64,000 bases of DNA from a virus, in the IMG/VR virus record IMGVR_UViG_3300022602_000036, positions 85,160-149,159 of that record; one strand, given 5' to 3'. Each line of letters begins with the position of its first letter. The first letter of the stretch is position 1. A model generated the notes under the pieces. The model was not told where the DNA came from. It did not search any database and worked only from the letters and a program-made list of their open reading frames with translations. Positions 27,721 to 38,416 of this stretch are shown here, piece after piece. The translations under genes and the position numbers were made by a program.

Positions 27721-28267
27721 ACTATTAAGAGAAAATCTTGAAATGGGCGATTTAAAACGCCTAGTTCACAACGAACTGCACATTGACGAATACAAAAGTA
27801 AAATGGGCAGTGATGCTGACGTTGTTGTAGTCAGTTTCAAAGTTGCAGGCAAAGAGCCAAGTGCTGACTTGGTTAGTTTTGTAGAAAAAGGCTATGACTA
27901 CGTATTAGACGCAGACGTTAGCTCAGGTGAAAAAGAAGGTGGTGACTATCTGGTGTTCATTGAAGTAGAACGTACAGCAGAACTTCCAGAACAACTAGTG
28001 CAGATGATGGAAGATCTAATGAACCTAACAGAACAAAAGATTGAAGATTGGCGTGTTAGATATCAAAAATCAAGCAAGGATCATCCTATGACTGTTGATA
28101 CTATAAAAAGTATTGTACCACTAACTCCAGAAGAGTATGAAAAGAAATACGGTGACATCCATGCTGAACTTGACAGTATGAAAGCCATAGCCGGAGTACC
28201 AGTAACAACTAAAGCACCTAAGAATGAATACACGGAGAGCTTAAGAGTAGCCGCAGGCATTAAATAG
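27701..28267 (+). CDS. conserved late protein, probable head component
   Basis: ATG 27701; LLRE near N-terminus, IDEYKSKMG, ends ESLRVAAGIK. Confidence 0.7.
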   Translation: MPNHNSRLLRENLEMGDLKRLVHNELHIDEYKSKMGSDADVVVVSFKVAGKEPSADLVSFVEKGYDYVLDADVSSGEKEGGDYLVFIEVERTAELPEQLVQMMEDLMNLTEQKIEDWRVRYQKSSKDHPMTVDTIKSIVPLTPEEYEKKYGDIHAELDSMKAIAGVPVTTKAPKNEYTESLRVAAGIK

Positions 28268-28291
28268 TAATATAATTGAAAGGAATCAACA

Positions 28292-28903
28292 ATGGAAATC
28301 ACAGCAGACTTAATCAAATCACTTTACCCGCAGTACAAATATCCACAAGACCTTGCAGAGGTCCTAACAGAACAATTTCAAAAATATGAAATCAACACTG
28401 TTAATCGTGCCGCAGGATTCCTAGCACAATGTGGACATGAATCAAACGGATTTACAGTATTAAAAGAAAACCTAAACTATTCAGCAGAAGGACTTAACAA
28501 GATATTCCATAAGTACTTCCCAACTGTAGCAGATGCTCAACCATATGCACGTAATCCTGAAAAGATTGCTAACCGAGTCTATGCTAACCGCATGGGCAAT
28601 GGTCCAGAATCATCAGGTGATGGTTACAAATTCCGTGGACGTGGTGCTATCCAATTAACAGGTCATGACAACTACAGCAAATTTGCTGCCAGTGTTGGTT
28701 ATAGCCTAGATGACTGTGTTGCTGACTTAGAAACACTTGACGGTGCAATTGAATCAGCCTGTTGGTTTTGGGAAACCAACGGGTTAAATGCTATCTGTGA
28801 TGCAGATGATATTGTACACATGACTAAAAAGATCAATGGTGGTACTATTGGCCTAGATGATCGCAAAGCACACTATGAAAAAGCCAAAGGACTATTAGGA
28901 TAA
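28292..28903 (+). CDS. GH19 endolysin
   Basis: FLAQCGHES, ENLNYS, GDGYKFRGRGAIQLTG..NY, TKKINGG..GL.DR. Confidence 0.93.
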   Translation: MEITADLIKSLYPQYKYPQDLAEVLTEQFQKYEINTVNRAAGFLAQCGHESNGFTVLKENLNYSAEGLNKIFHKYFPTVADAQPYARNPEKIANRVYANRMGNGPESSGDGYKFRGRGAIQLTGHDNYSKFAASVGYSLDDCVADLETLDGAIESACWFWETNGLNAICDADDIVHMTKKINGGTIGLDDRKAHYEKAKGLLG

Positions 28904-29361
28904 TGTGGTTATTACATTTTATCCCTGACAGCCTAATAGTACTAGTTATCAATGTTATATTATTAGGTGGCGTCGGCCTTACTGTTGGCAGTTTGTTTAT
29001 GGGATTTATTCCATTTATTAAACAATACAAATTCCCATTGGAAGCCATTGGTATATCATTATTAGTAGTAGGTGCTTACCTCAAAGGTGGGTTTGGCGTA
29101 GATGCAGAAATGCGTGAGCAGGTCAAAGAACTAGAAGCCAAAATAGCAGTCGCTGAACAAAAATCTAATGCTGCTAATGCGCAAGTGCAGACTAAAATTG
29201 TCACTAAAATTCTTAAAATACATGACAAGGCCAATGCTGCTAAAGAAACAATACGCAGAAATAAAGACACAATTAATGCAGGATGCACTTTATCTGACGA
29301 AGCAATTGATGCTTACAATTACAGTATTACAAAAACTAAAACACCAACGGAGACAAAATAA
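28903..29361 (+). CDS. inner-membrane spanin (Rz-like)
   Basis: N-terminal TM helices, coiled coil, C-terminal Cys; follows endolysin. Confidence 0.75.
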   Translation: MWLLHFIPDSLIVLVINVILLGGVGLTVGSLFMGFIPFIKQYKFPLEAIGISLLVVGAYLKGGFGVDAEMREQVKELEAKIAVAEQKSNAANAQVQTKIVTKILKIHDKANAAKETIRRNKDTINAGCTLSDEAIDAYNYSITKTKTPTETK

Positions 29362-29627
29362 TGCGCAAACTATTATTAATCTCTATACTGGCATTAACTG
29401 GATGTGCTACTAGCATTCCGGTCAAAATGAGTTTTCCACAAATTCCAGAGGCATTAAGTAAACCATGTGATCGTTTATTGCCCTTAGAACAAGGCAAGAA
29501 ACAGCTCACAGACCTATTAGAAAATACAGTTGATAACTATGCCAAGGCAAAAGAATGTTATGCTAAAGATCAAGCATGGCAAGAATGGTATGCAACACAG
29601 AAACAAATTTTTGAGGAAGTCAAATGA
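29361..29627 (+). CDS. outer-membrane spanin lipoprotein (Rz1-like)
   Basis: lipobox LTGC, Pro-rich FPQIP, two Cys. Confidence 0.8.
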   Translation: MRKLLLISILALTGCATSIPVKMSFPQIPEALSKPCDRLLPLEQGKKQLTDLLENTVDNYAKAKECYAKDQAWQEWYATQKQIFEEVK

Positions 29628-30043
29628 AAAAATTACTAATTGCATTGGCTATTGTATCACTGACTGGCTGTGCTACTATTCAACAAACTACTATCTACAA
29701 AGCTATTGTTATGGCTAAGTTTGACAACAATGAATACAGTCAAATCAACAGCATTCGTACACAGGCTAATCTAGGTGCAGCTAAATGCGGCACGCCAGAG
29801 GTAGTACCTGTAGTAGAAAACTTATACTATAAATCAGTAGAATTAAAAAATTACTCAGCTAGTATTCCGCATAATGAAGAAGCAACCAAGATGGGCGCAG
29901 AACTTGCTGAAATAGTCAAAGGACTAAATGAAAGATATCACGGCACAGAACCTGTAAGCTCTGGCTATTGTACTCTTAAATTTGGTACTATTGAGAAAAA
30001 TGCAGTAACCATTCAAAATGTTATAGGAGCGAAACCAAGATGA
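29624..30043 (+). CDS. lipoprotein
   Basis: lipobox LTGC; helical domain with two Cys. Confidence 0.75.
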   Translation: MKKLLIALAIVSLTGCATIQQTTIYKAIVMAKFDNNEYSQINSIRTQANLGAAKCGTPEVVPVVENLYYKSVELKNYSASIPHNEEATKMGAELAEIVKGLNERYHGTEPVSSGYCTLKFGTIEKNAVTIQNVIGAKPR

Positions 30044-30234
30044 GTACCATAGCACAAGCACAGGAATTAGAAGCACAACACAATGCTGGACAATTATCAT
30101 CCAGTGAATATAAAGAATTATTAGAAGACTTACAACACACTGCCGCTGTAGAAGAAGCCGCAGGTGACATGGCAAAATTAACTCAGATACACCAAGTAAT
30201 AGAAGGATTAAAAGTAGCCGCTGGTCTAGTTTAA
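30040..30234 (+). CDS. small helical protein
   Basis: GQLSSSEYKELLEDL; ATGA overlap. Confidence 0.65.
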   Translation: MSTIAQAQELEAQHNAGQLSSSEYKELLEDLQHTAAVEEAAGDMAKLTQIHQVIEGLKVAAGLV

Positions 30235-30282
30235 TCCAAAATCAATAAATACTATTATAATCAAGCATTAGGAGCTTAGACA

Positions 30283-30858
30283 ATGACAACAAAAGTAGAA
30301 AAACCAAAAGAAGATTTTATGACCAGCAAGTGGCGCCCAATGATGGCTATGACATACATGGCTACTATTTGGTTTGACTTTATCTTAGGTCCAATTTTAT
30401 TCAACATTTTACAGTATTACAATCCAGGACAAGCAGTTACTAGTTGGACACCGTTGACCTTACAAGGTGGTGGCCTATATCACTTGGCAATGGGTACTAT
30501 TTTAGGTATCTCAGCATACACACGTGGTAAAGAAAAAGTAGCGGCTATTGAGAACGAAAAACCTTTTAGTGAAGGGTTTGGAGGCACCCCAGTAGCAAGT
30601 CCTTCAGCAGAGCCACAATGGGTTAGTGCTCCGCCGCAACAAGGCATTACTCCACAACAAACATGGGCTCAGCCAGCAGCACCTGTAGCAGATCCAACAC
30701 CTGCTCCAGTGGTTCCAGCACCAACAACACCAACACCTGCTCCAGTAGACACTGGTCCTGCTCCAGTAGACAACAGTGTAGTTAGTGATGCACCAGCAGC
30801 TGCACCAGCAGTAGATCCAACAGACCCAGATCGTCCACTACGTCGCGTAAAAAAATAA
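30283..30858 (+). CDS. holin (3TM/GTA-holin-like) with Pro-rich tail
   Basis: KWRPMMA, hydrophobic segments, ILGISAYTRGKEK; own ATAAATA. Confidence 0.7.
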   Translation: MTTKVEKPKEDFMTSKWRPMMAMTYMATIWFDFILGPILFNILQYYNPGQAVTSWTPLTLQGGGLYHLAMGTILGISAYTRGKEKVAAIENEKPFSEGFGGTPVASPSAEPQWVSAPPQQGITPQQTWAQPAAPVADPTPAPVVPAPTTPTPAPVDTGPAPVDNSVVSDAPAAAPAVDPTDPDRPLRRVKK

Positions 30859-30870
30859 ACTAGACATTAG

Positions 30871-30921
30871 TTGACATTAAATAAAAGGTAAGCTATAATA
30901 ACATATAGTTTACCTTTTTTT
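30871..30921 (+). promoter_or_regulatory. sigma70 promoter overlapped by terminator hairpin
   Basis: TTGACA-17-TATAAT; AAAAGGTAAGCTAT/ATAGTTTACCTTTT inverted repeat then T-run. Confidence 0.8.
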
Positions 30922-30939
30922 ATCAATCAGGAGTTTGGA

Positions 30940-31656
30940 ATGTTACAAGGCGAAGAGCAAGGACCTCTATTAGAAAGTCTAATCTATTTAAATCAAAGTA
31001 AAGTTATCGTAGAGGTAGGCGTTGCTGAAGCTAAATCTACACACTTCTTATGCGAAGGTGCTAAGGCAGTTGGTGGATTTGTATATGGTTATGATCTATG
31101 GGACACACATGGATTAAACAATCAATTTGAACATTGGTCTAGCAAAGAAAAATGTGAAGATTACCTAAAATCAAAAGGTCATGTAAATTTTGAACTCACT
31201 AAGATCAACAGCAAAACTCCTGAGTTTCATGAATTAATTAAGTCAAAGCATCCACGTATTGATCTAGCATTCATTGATGGATGTCACAGCTATGAAGGTA
31301 TCTTAAATGACTTTAATGCAATCTACCCACAACTAAGTGAAACTGGTGTTATTGTATTCCATGATACTATGAGTATTGACGGTTGCAGAGAATTAATGAT
31401 TGACCTACGTACTAAATTCTTTGATGGTACATTTGATTTAATCACATTCCCGTATGGTAGTATGGTCTATGGGGATGGCAACAAAGTTGATCGCCGCACA
31501 GGCATCAGCGTACTGGCCAAACGTGGATTTGCTACAATACCACAGGCCTGTGACGAAATCTGTAACCTAGATGATCATACACAAGATATCTATGTTAAAG
31601 AAGAAGAGTGGTATGAGTCAGAGCTTAAAAAAGCTAAAAAAGTAAAAACTAAATAA
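30940..31656 (+). CDS. class I SAM-dependent methyltransferase (Methyltransf_24-like)
   Basis: VEVGVAEAKST, DLAFIDGCHSY, GVIVFHD. Confidence 0.85.
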   Translation: MLQGEEQGPLLESLIYLNQSKVIVEVGVAEAKSTHFLCEGAKAVGGFVYGYDLWDTHGLNNQFEHWSSKEKCEDYLKSKGHVNFELTKINSKTPEFHELIKSKHPRIDLAFIDGCHSYEGILNDFNAIYPQLSETGVIVFHDTMSIDGCRELMIDLRTKFFDGTFDLITFPYGSMVYGDGNKVDRRTGISVLAKRGFATIPQACDEICNLDDHTQDIYVKEEEWYESELKKAKKVKTK

Positions 31657-31693
31657 TATTGACAAAACCTTAATTTTATTGTAATATAATAAT

Positions 31694-32551
31694 ATGGCAA
31701 ACGCATATGAAATATTAGGAGTGCCTAAAGGGGCTTCTGATTCAGACATTAAAAAGGCTTACCGCAGGCTTGCGGGCCAACATCACCCTGACAAAGGTGG
31801 TGATACAGCCAAATTCCAAGAAATACAAAATGCTTATGAAACCCTAAGCGATCCTCAAAAACGTGCTCAACATGATAATCCAAATCCATTTGGGCACGGA
31901 TTCCAAGGGCATCCAGGTGGCAGTCATTTTGAATTCCACTTTGGTGGAGGTGGTCCAGAAGACATATTCCAACAGTTTTTTAACCAAGGATTTGGCGGAC
32001 ATAACCCATTTCAAAGACATCAACAACCCCGTCGTAATAAAGATCTACGTGTGCAATTGACTATTAGTCTAGCCAGCACCTTAGAACAACAAAAGAAAAC
32101 AATCTCAGTACAGACTACCAAAGGCGATCGTTACAATGTAGATGTTGATATCCCTAGAGGTATTAACAATGGCACTACTATCAAGTACACTCAATTGGGT
32201 GATAACATGTTTGATACCTTGACAAGAGGTGATTTATATGTTATAATTAACGTAGAAAATGACAGTCGCTTTGAGATACATGGTATCAACCTAGTAGCTA
32301 ATTTGGAAATAAACAGCATAGAAGCTATGCTAGGTGTAGATAAAATTGTCCAAGGCGTTGATGGAAAAGAGTACGCAGTTAAAATTCCACAAGGCTGTCA
32401 ATACGGTACTAAATTTGGCCTACAAGGTCAAGGCTTATATCAAATGAACACACAACATCGTGGGGATTTGATTGTTAACGTTGTAGTTAAGACTCCAGTA
32501 TTATCTGAACTACAATTAAACATGCTTAGAAACATTAACATCATTCAATAA
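31694..32551 (+). CDS. dnaJ: DnaJ/CbpA-type co-chaperone (no Zn finger)
   Basis: J domain with HPD, G/F-rich linker, C-terminal GDL domains; TTGACA-17-TAATAT upstream. Confidence 0.95.
   Translation: MANAYEILGVPKGASDSDIKKAYRRLAGQHHPDKGGDTAKFQEIQNAYETLSDPQKRAQHDNPNPFGHGFQGHPGGSHFEFHFGGGGPEDIFQQFFNQGFGGHNPFQRHQQPRRNKDLRVQLTISLASTLEQQKKTISVQTTKGDRYNVDVDIPRGINNGTTIKYTQLGDNMFDTLTRGDLYVIINVENDSRFEIHGINLVANLEINSIEAMLGVDKIVQGVDGKEYAVKIPQGCQYGTKFGLQGQGLYQMNTQHRGDLIVNVVVKTPVLSELQLNMLRNINIIQ
32219..32247 (+). promoter_or_regulatory. perfect sigma70 promoter internal to dnaJ
   Basis: TTGACA-17nt-TATAAT with TGn. Confidence 0.55.
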
Positions 32552-32574
32552 ATATTTTTATATAGGACATAATC

Positions 32575-34878
32575 TTGGCTGACATGCAAAACAATCCTGA
32601 GATAGAACACATCATTAACACTGCCTGTGTTCTAGCCAAAGACTACAAACATGAATATGTTACACTAGAACATCTATTAATTGCCTTAATAGAATCTAAA
32701 AACTTTAACAAGTTAGTCACTGACTATGGTGTTGATGTAGAAAATCTTCTACGCGACTTATATGATTATATTGGTCGTCAAACACATCTAGTCAACGAAA
32801 TTAAACCAGATCTAACCCCAATGCGTACACACAGCCTAGAGCGTGTGTTTAATCGTGCATTTACACAGGTCTTGTTTAGTGCTCGTGATCAAATGGAACC
32901 TATTGATTTATTCTTGAGCATTAGTCAAGAACCTAATAGCCATGCAGCATACTTTATGCTCAAATGGGGTATTAACCGCAAACAACTAATTGACTTTTTT
33001 GCAGAACAAAACAGCGATCGTTTTAATCGTGCTAAGAAAGTTGAAAGTACTAAGAAAGACTTTGCTGATAAGATTCTAGCAGAATACTGCACAGACTTAA
33101 ACGCACAGGTCGTAGAAGGTAAGATTGATCCCGTAATTGGTCGTGCTTATGAATTAGAAGAAATTGCACAGGTTCTAGCACGTCGTAATAAATCCAATGT
33201 ACTTATGATTGGTGATCCTGGTGTGGGCAAGACTGCTATTGCAGAAGGCCTAGCATATAAGATTGTCAATGGTGAAGTACCAGAATATTTAAAACCTTAC
33301 ACAGTATTCAACTTAGAAATTGGCAGTTTACTAGCTGGTAGTAAGTATCGTGGCGAGTTTGAAGAAAAACTCAAAGATGTACTACACGCCCTAGGTCAAA
33401 AAGGCAACTCAATCTTGTTTATTGATGAAGCACATCAAATGCAAGGTGCTGGGTCAGGTGGCTCTAGTCAAGTAGACTTTGCTAATATGCTTAAACCAGC
33501 ATTGGCCAAGGGCAAGATTAAAGTTATTGCATCAACTACGTTTGAAGAGTATACTCAATCGTTTGAAAAAGATCGTGCGCTAATGCGCAGATTCTACAAA
33601 CTAAATGTAGATGAACCTACGCCAGCTGTGGCCAAAGATATCTTGTACGGATTAAGAACACACTTTGAAAAATTCCACGGCGGGGTTATCACAGATGATG
33701 CTATTGAAGCCGCAGTGGATCTAAGTGTACGTTATCAAACAGACAAACGTTTGCCAGACAAGGCCATTGATTTGATTGACATGAGTTCAGCTAAACTTAA
33801 GATTCAAAATCCAGACTTTGTAGTTACTAAACTAGACATTGTTGATACTATCAGCAAAGCCACTAAGATTCCTAAAGAGAATTTGTTAAGTGAAAAAGCC
33901 ACAGAAAGTCTAGTTAACCTTGAAGCTACAATCAAGGACAAACTATACGGCCAAGATAGTGCTGTAGATCAAGTATTAGAAAAGATCTATGTTGCCAAAG
34001 CTGGTATGAAATCACACAACAAGCCTGTAGGTAACTTCTTGTTCCTAGGACCAACTGGTACTGGTAAAACAGAACTATGTAAACTACTCAGCGAATCGTT
34101 GAGCATGAAACTCTTACGCTTTGATATGAGTGAATATCAAGAGAAGCATGCTATGGCTAAACTTATTGGTGCTCCCCCAGGCTATGTTGGCTATGAAGAC
34201 GGCAATCTAGGTGGTGGCTTATTGATCAGTGAAATTGAACGTAACCCACATGCTATTATCTTGTTAGATGAAATTGAAAAAGCACACCCAGATATCAGTA
34301 ACTTATTGTTACAGATCATGGATGAGGGCTACATTACAGGATCTAACGGTAAGAAAGCAGATGCACGTCACTGTATCCTTATCCTTACTTCAAATCTAGG
34401 TGCTGCAGATGGTGAACAAAATGCTATTGGTTTTGGTAGATCATTGCAAAAAGAAGGCACAGATGACGAAGCGGCTAAGAAGTTCTTTAAACCAGAATTC
34501 CGTAACAGACTTGATGCTGTAGTTAAGTTTGGTAAACTTGATAAATTGGCTATGAAGAAAATTGTTGTCAAATTCTTAAATGAATTAAATGACCTACTAG
34601 AAGAAAAGAATATCAAAGTTCGTTCATCAGAAGCCCTAGTAGATCACTTAACAGAAGTTGGATTTGATCCTGCAATGGGCGCACGCCCGCTAGCACGTAA
34701 GATTAACGAACTTATCAAAGTACCGCTAAGTAAGAAAATCTTATTTGAGCACATAGAATCTGGTAGTGTAGTTACCGCTGATTACAGTGAAGATGTTGTT
34801 AAATTTATTGTAATTCCGCCTGCACTTGATCTATTAGAAAACAAAACCGTTGACGAAAACGGCTACATTGTAGCATAA
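32575..34878 (+). CDS. clpA: ClpA-like AAA+ chaperone
   Basis: Clp N domain, [28 protein letters not shown] ClpP-docking loop, MGARPL; no ClpB middle domain. Confidence 0.93.
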   Translation: MADMQNNPEIEHIINTACVLAKDYKHEYVTLEHLLIALIESKNFNKLVTDYGVDVENLLRDLYDYIGRQTHLVNEIKPDLTPMRTHSLERVFNRAFTQVLFSARDQMEPIDLFLSISQEPNSHAAYFMLKWGINRKQLIDFFAEQNSDRFNRAKKVESTKKDFADKILAEYCTDLNAQVVEGKIDPVIGRAYELEEIAQVLARRNKSNVLMIGDPGVGKTAIAEGLAYKIVNGEVPEYLKPYTVFNLEIGSLLAGSKYRGEFEEKLKDVLHALGQKGNSILFIDEAHQMQGAGSGGSSQVDFANMLKPALAKGKIKVIASTTFEEYTQSFEKDRALMRRFYKLNVDEPTPAVAKDILYGLRTHFEKFHGGVITDDAIEAAVDLSVRYQTDKRLPDKAIDLIDMSSAKLKIQNPDFVVTKLDIVDTISKATKIPKENLLSEKATESLVNLEATIKDKLYGQDSAVDQVLEKIYVAKAGMKSHNKPVGNFLFLGPTGTGKTELCKLLSESLSMKLLRFDMSEYQEKHAMAKLIGAPPGYVGYEDGNLGGGLLISEIERNPHAIILLDEIEKAHPDISNLLLQIMDEGYITGSNGKKADARHCILILTSNLGAADGEQNAIGFGRSLQKEGTDDEAAKKFFKPEFRNRLDAVVKFGKLDKLAMKKIVVKFLNELNDLLEEKNIKVRSSEALVDHLTEVGFDPAMGARPLARKINELIKVPLSKKILFEHIESGSVVTADYSEDVVKFIVIPPALDLLENKTVDENGYIVA

Positions 34879-34938
34879 TAATTTTAGCCGTGAATTTTGC
34901 CCTGGTAAATAATAGCATATTATTTAGGAATTATAATC

Positions 34939-35103
34939 GTGGCAAAATTACATGAAGAAACCGTAGTAATCACAGTGAGTAAACTGCTAAAGAATGACGA
35001 AGATGCTTCAGAAATCTTAACCAGTGACACTGTAGCAAGTCTAGAGGCAGTAGTAGCAGAACTCGCTGGCGCAGGTGCGTTAGTAGAAATAACAGTAGCA
35101 TAA
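34939..35103 (+). CDS. small late protein (54 aa)
   Basis: Not in track; GTG start, MAKLHEETVVITVSKL...LVEITVA; TAAATA and AGGA upstream. Confidence 0.7.
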   Translation: MAKLHEETVVITVSKLLKNDEDASEILTSDTVASLEAVVAELAGAGALVEITVA

Positions 35104-35127
35104 TTCAATTTAAAAGAGAGATTTTCA

Positions 35128-35970
35128 ATGAGCAAACAATCAAAACGTATCAAACCTAACTCACCTAAAATGATGCAGGTTAATGTTCCAGCAGCAAATG
35201 CACAATCACAAGCGCAATCTGGACAATTTGACTTTAGTAAAGTACATGTCCACTTTGGTATCCCAGCATATGGCGGTATGATTACAGAACCTTGCTTTAC
35301 TAGTTTCTTACGTTTTATCTTAATGGCAAGTAAGATGAACCTACAATGGTCATTAGACACTATGGTTAATGAGTCATTGGTTACACGTGCTCGTAACAAC
35401 TTGATGGCTAAGATGATGACCAACACTGCGGCCACACACTTTATGTTCATTGACGCAGACATCCGCTTCCAACCAGAAGCTATCTTTATGATGCTGGCCA
35501 CTGATAAAGATGTTATTGGTGGATTGTATCCTAAGAAAGCACTACCAATTAGCTATGTAATTAACGTTAAACCTGGTACAATGATTCAAAATGATATTTT
35601 CCCAGTAGACACAATGGGCACAGGCTTTATGATGTTCAAACGTCATGTATATGAAAAACTATGTGCTGCACATCCAGAAACAAAATACGTGGATGATGTG
35701 GGTCTAGGTAAACAATACGAGCCAACCATGTATGCTATCTTTGACTGTGAGATTGATGAAAAAGGTCACTATCTAAGTGAAGATTGGACATTCTGTCGTC
35801 GTTGGGCTAAACTAGGTGGTGAGATCTATGCTCACGCTAAAGTGTTACTAAACCACAGTGGTCACTATGAGTTTGCAGGTGATCTAAGTGTGTTAACTGG
35901 TGGTAAACCAACAATGCCTGATATTACTCCAGACCAAATAGCTGCAAAACAAGCACAACAAGCAGCCTAA
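35128..35970 (+). CDS. GT-A fold glycosyltransferase-like protein
   Basis: GIPAYGG, ESLVTRARN, FIDADI (DxD), GTGFM, LSEDW.FC. Confidence 0.8.
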   Translation: MSKQSKRIKPNSPKMMQVNVPAANAQSQAQSGQFDFSKVHVHFGIPAYGGMITEPCFTSFLRFILMASKMNLQWSLDTMVNESLVTRARNNLMAKMMTNTAATHFMFIDADIRFQPEAIFMMLATDKDVIGGLYPKKALPISYVINVKPGTMIQNDIFPVDTMGTGFMMFKRHVYEKLCAAHPETKYVDDVGLGKQYEPTMYAIFDCEIDEKGHYLSEDWTFCRRWAKLGGEIYAHAKVLLNHSGHYEFAGDLSVLTGGKPTMPDITPDQIAAKQAQQAA

Positions 35971-36416
35971 TGACCGAAGAAAAACTGAGTTTCGTAGTAA
36001 CCCTTAGTGGTACATTTTGGGAGAAACGACCTCAGTTTTCTATTTGGCTTGATGATCACATTGTCATACAGAGTGAAATTCCTGATTCTGCTCAACACCT
36101 TATAAAGTTTGAGCATACAATTGGTGAAGGCCCACATAGTCTTAAAATTCGTTTAGAAAACAAGACCAATGATGACACTGTAATTGAGAATGGTGAAGTC
36201 ATTAAAGATATGTTGCTGAACATAGATGACATTACCATTGATGATATTAGCCTTGGCAATCTATTATGGACTGCTGAATACAAATTAGACAAACCCCAAC
36301 AATATAATAATCAAACTATTGATCATTTAGATAGCTGTGTTAATCTAGGGTGGAATGGTACTTACATTCTTAATTTTAGTAGTCCGTTTTACATCTGGTT
36401 ACTTGAGAAACTCTAA
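35970..36416 (+). CDS. hypothetical beta-sandwich protein
   Basis: ends LGWNG...FSSPFYIWLLEKL. Confidence 0.7.
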   Translation: MTEEKLSFVVTLSGTFWEKRPQFSIWLDDHIVIQSEIPDSAQHLIKFEHTIGEGPHSLKIRLENKTNDDTVIENGEVIKDMLLNIDDITIDDISLGNLLWTAEYKLDKPQQYNNQTIDHLDSCVNLGWNGTYILNFSSPFYIWLLEKL

Positions 36417-36446
36417 GATAAATATAGTAACATCTACGGATTTACT

Positions 36447-37238
36447 ATGTTATTAACTGAATTATACGAAACTAAACAACCCAAGCATGCAGCATTTTGT
36501 TTTGGCCGCATGAACCCGCCTACCATTGGTCACGCTCAACTAATGGCCACCACACAAAAAGCTGGTAAAGGTGGTGACTATTACATATTCCTTAGTCACA
36601 CACAAGATCGCAAAGACAATCCCCTAGACTACGATACTAAAATCAAATTTATTAAACAGATGTTTCCTAAATATGCTGGCCATGTTAGCACAACTGAGTT
36701 ACGCACTATCATAGAAATAGCTGGATTTTTATATGATCATGGATACACACATGTTACCTTTGTAGCGGGTAGTGATAGACTAGAAGCATTCCAAAAACTA
36801 CTCACCAGTTATAATGGTGTAGAAGGCAAGAAAACCTACTATAAATTTGCTAATATTGATTTTGTATCAAGTGGCGAACGTGAAGACGGTGCAGAAGGCG
36901 TAGAAGGCGTTAGTGCTAGTCAAGCACGTGCGGCCGCAATGGCCAATAATATGCAGGCTTTTTCACAGGCCACAGGTGCAGGTAAATTTGCACAGTCACT
37001 ATTCCAAGCAGTTAGAGCTGGTATGGGTCTAACTGAAAATATTGCTGAAGCAGGTGGAGTGGGTGTAGTTAAAGGTGGCGATCGTAGATATAATAACAGT
37101 CTAACAGTAGATGTAAAACCTAACACACTTGGTAAAGAAATGAAAGCATTTGGTCTAGTAGGCCGCAAAAATCCAGGTGCACCAACACGACAAATTCCAG
37201 TTGGTAAGAATGTAGGCAAAGGCAAGAAACCTGTTTAA
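36447..37238 (+). CDS. HIGH-type nucleotidyltransferase (cytidylyltransferase/NMNAT-like)
   Basis: FGRMNPPTIGH, NPL, VAGSDR, SAS..R; N-terminal MLLTELYE. Confidence 0.85.
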   Translation: MLLTELYETKQPKHAAFCFGRMNPPTIGHAQLMATTQKAGKGGDYYIFLSHTQDRKDNPLDYDTKIKFIKQMFPKYAGHVSTTELRTIIEIAGFLYDHGYTHVTFVAGSDRLEAFQKLLTSYNGVEGKKTYYKFANIDFVSSGEREDGAEGVEGVSASQARAAAMANNMQAFSQATGAGKFAQSLFQAVRAGMGLTENIAEAGGVGVVKGGDRRYNNSLTVDVKPNTLGKEMKAFGLVGRKNPGAPTRQIPVGKNVGKGKKPV

Positions 37239-37240
37239 TC

Positions 37241-37555
37241 ATGGCAGAAGTTAGTCTGAGTGTACAAGTGCAGGTACTGCAGCCTAGATGGATTGATCAT
37301 GAACGTAATCGTTATCGCTTGTATGTCAATGATGATCTAATTACAGAACGTACTTGGATTTGGAACATAGACACTGTAATTGAAGAAAATATACTAGTTG
37401 ATGTTCCCCCACACCTATCACATACTGTTAGAATAGAACCTATCCTAGAACCTAGGTCTATAGCACAATTTGGCCTACGTAATTTCAAAGTAAACAATTG
37501 GCCTAAACCAGATTGGGGTGGTGCGAAGACTCAACTAAGTTTTATTATAGAATAA
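37241..37555 (+). CDS. hypothetical protein
   Basis: YRLYVNDDLITERTW. Confidence 0.7.
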   Translation: MAEVSLSVQVQVLQPRWIDHERNRYRLYVNDDLITERTWIWNIDTVIEENILVDVPPHLSHTVRIEPILEPRSIAQFGLRNFKVNNWPKPDWGGAKTQLSFIIE

Positions 37556-37578
37556 ATACACTATATTAGGAAATTATT

Positions 37579-37974
37579 ATGAAACCATCAGAATTTATTA
37601 AAGAAGAATTTGACAGCAAAGAATACAATGATGAAGCAGGTATGGTAGAAAACAACCTTGTAACTATCATGCGTTCATTAGTAGACTTGGCCAATCACAT
37701 CAAACACGATGACAATCTACCTGAATGGTGCCAAGAAAAAATCGCCGCAGTTAAGGGTATGATGGTTAGTGTTAGTGATTATATTGTCAGTCAAAAATCA
37801 TTAGGTATTGATCCTAAAGTAGACCAAGTATCAGAAGATGCCAGTGGCGGTGGTACATCAAGCGGTGGTATTGCTACTACTCCTATGGGTGGCATGGCTA
37901 AACGTAGCCAAGTAGGTAGCTTGTTTGGTGGCACTTACCAACAACCTAAAAAAAGCAAGGCTAAAAAGAAATAA
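37579..37974 (+). CDS. probable internal head protein
   Basis: MKPSEFIKEE, LPEWCQEKI; ATAAATA upstream. Confidence 0.65.
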   Translation: MKPSEFIKEEFDSKEYNDEAGMVENNLVTIMRSLVDLANHIKHDDNLPEWCQEKIAAVKGMMVSVSDYIVSQKSLGIDPKVDQVSEDASGGGTSSGGIATTPMGGMAKRSQVGSLFGGTYQQPKKSKAKKK

Positions 37975-38414
37975 TGGATAAGTTTTCAACGCAGTTAAAG
38001 ATTGCTTTTGCTAGCCAATATGCGTTTGCTATCAAAGCACAGAACTTTCACTGGAACGTGGAAGGTCCAGAGTTCTATCAACTGCATTTGTTGTTTGAAA
38101 CAATCTACAACGAAGTCTACGGTGCCGTGGATGATTTTGCAGAAAATATCCGTAAGATCAAAGCCTATACTCCAGCAAGCCTAGAACGTTTTTCATCATT
38201 GACCGCAGTTGATGATGAACTAGCAGTTTTAGATCCACAGGCTATGGTAGCAGAATTATTGGGCGATGCTGAAAAAATGCAAGAAATTATGAAAGTGTTG
38301 TTTGTTGAAGCTGAAAGTCTTGGGCATCACGGCCTAAGCAACTTCCTAGCAGATCGTCAAGATGCATTTGCTAAACACGCTTGGTTCTTACGTGCAACAC
38401 TTAAAGGTAACTAA
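37974..38414 (+). CDS. dps: Dps-family ferritin-like protein
   Basis: KAQNFHWNVEGPEFYQLHLLFE, D.FAE.IR, KHAWFL. Confidence 0.93.
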   Translation: MDKFSTQLKIAFASQYAFAIKAQNFHWNVEGPEFYQLHLLFETIYNEVYGAVDDFAENIRKIKAYTPASLERFSSLTAVDDELAVLDPQAMVAELLGDAEKMQEIMKVLFVEAESLGHHGLSNFLADRQDAFAKHAWFLRATLKGN

Positions 38415-38416
38415 TT

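Noticed and set aside
34920-35501. 193-aa minus-strand ORF
   Set aside because: Shadow of two convincing + strand genes (34939, 35128)
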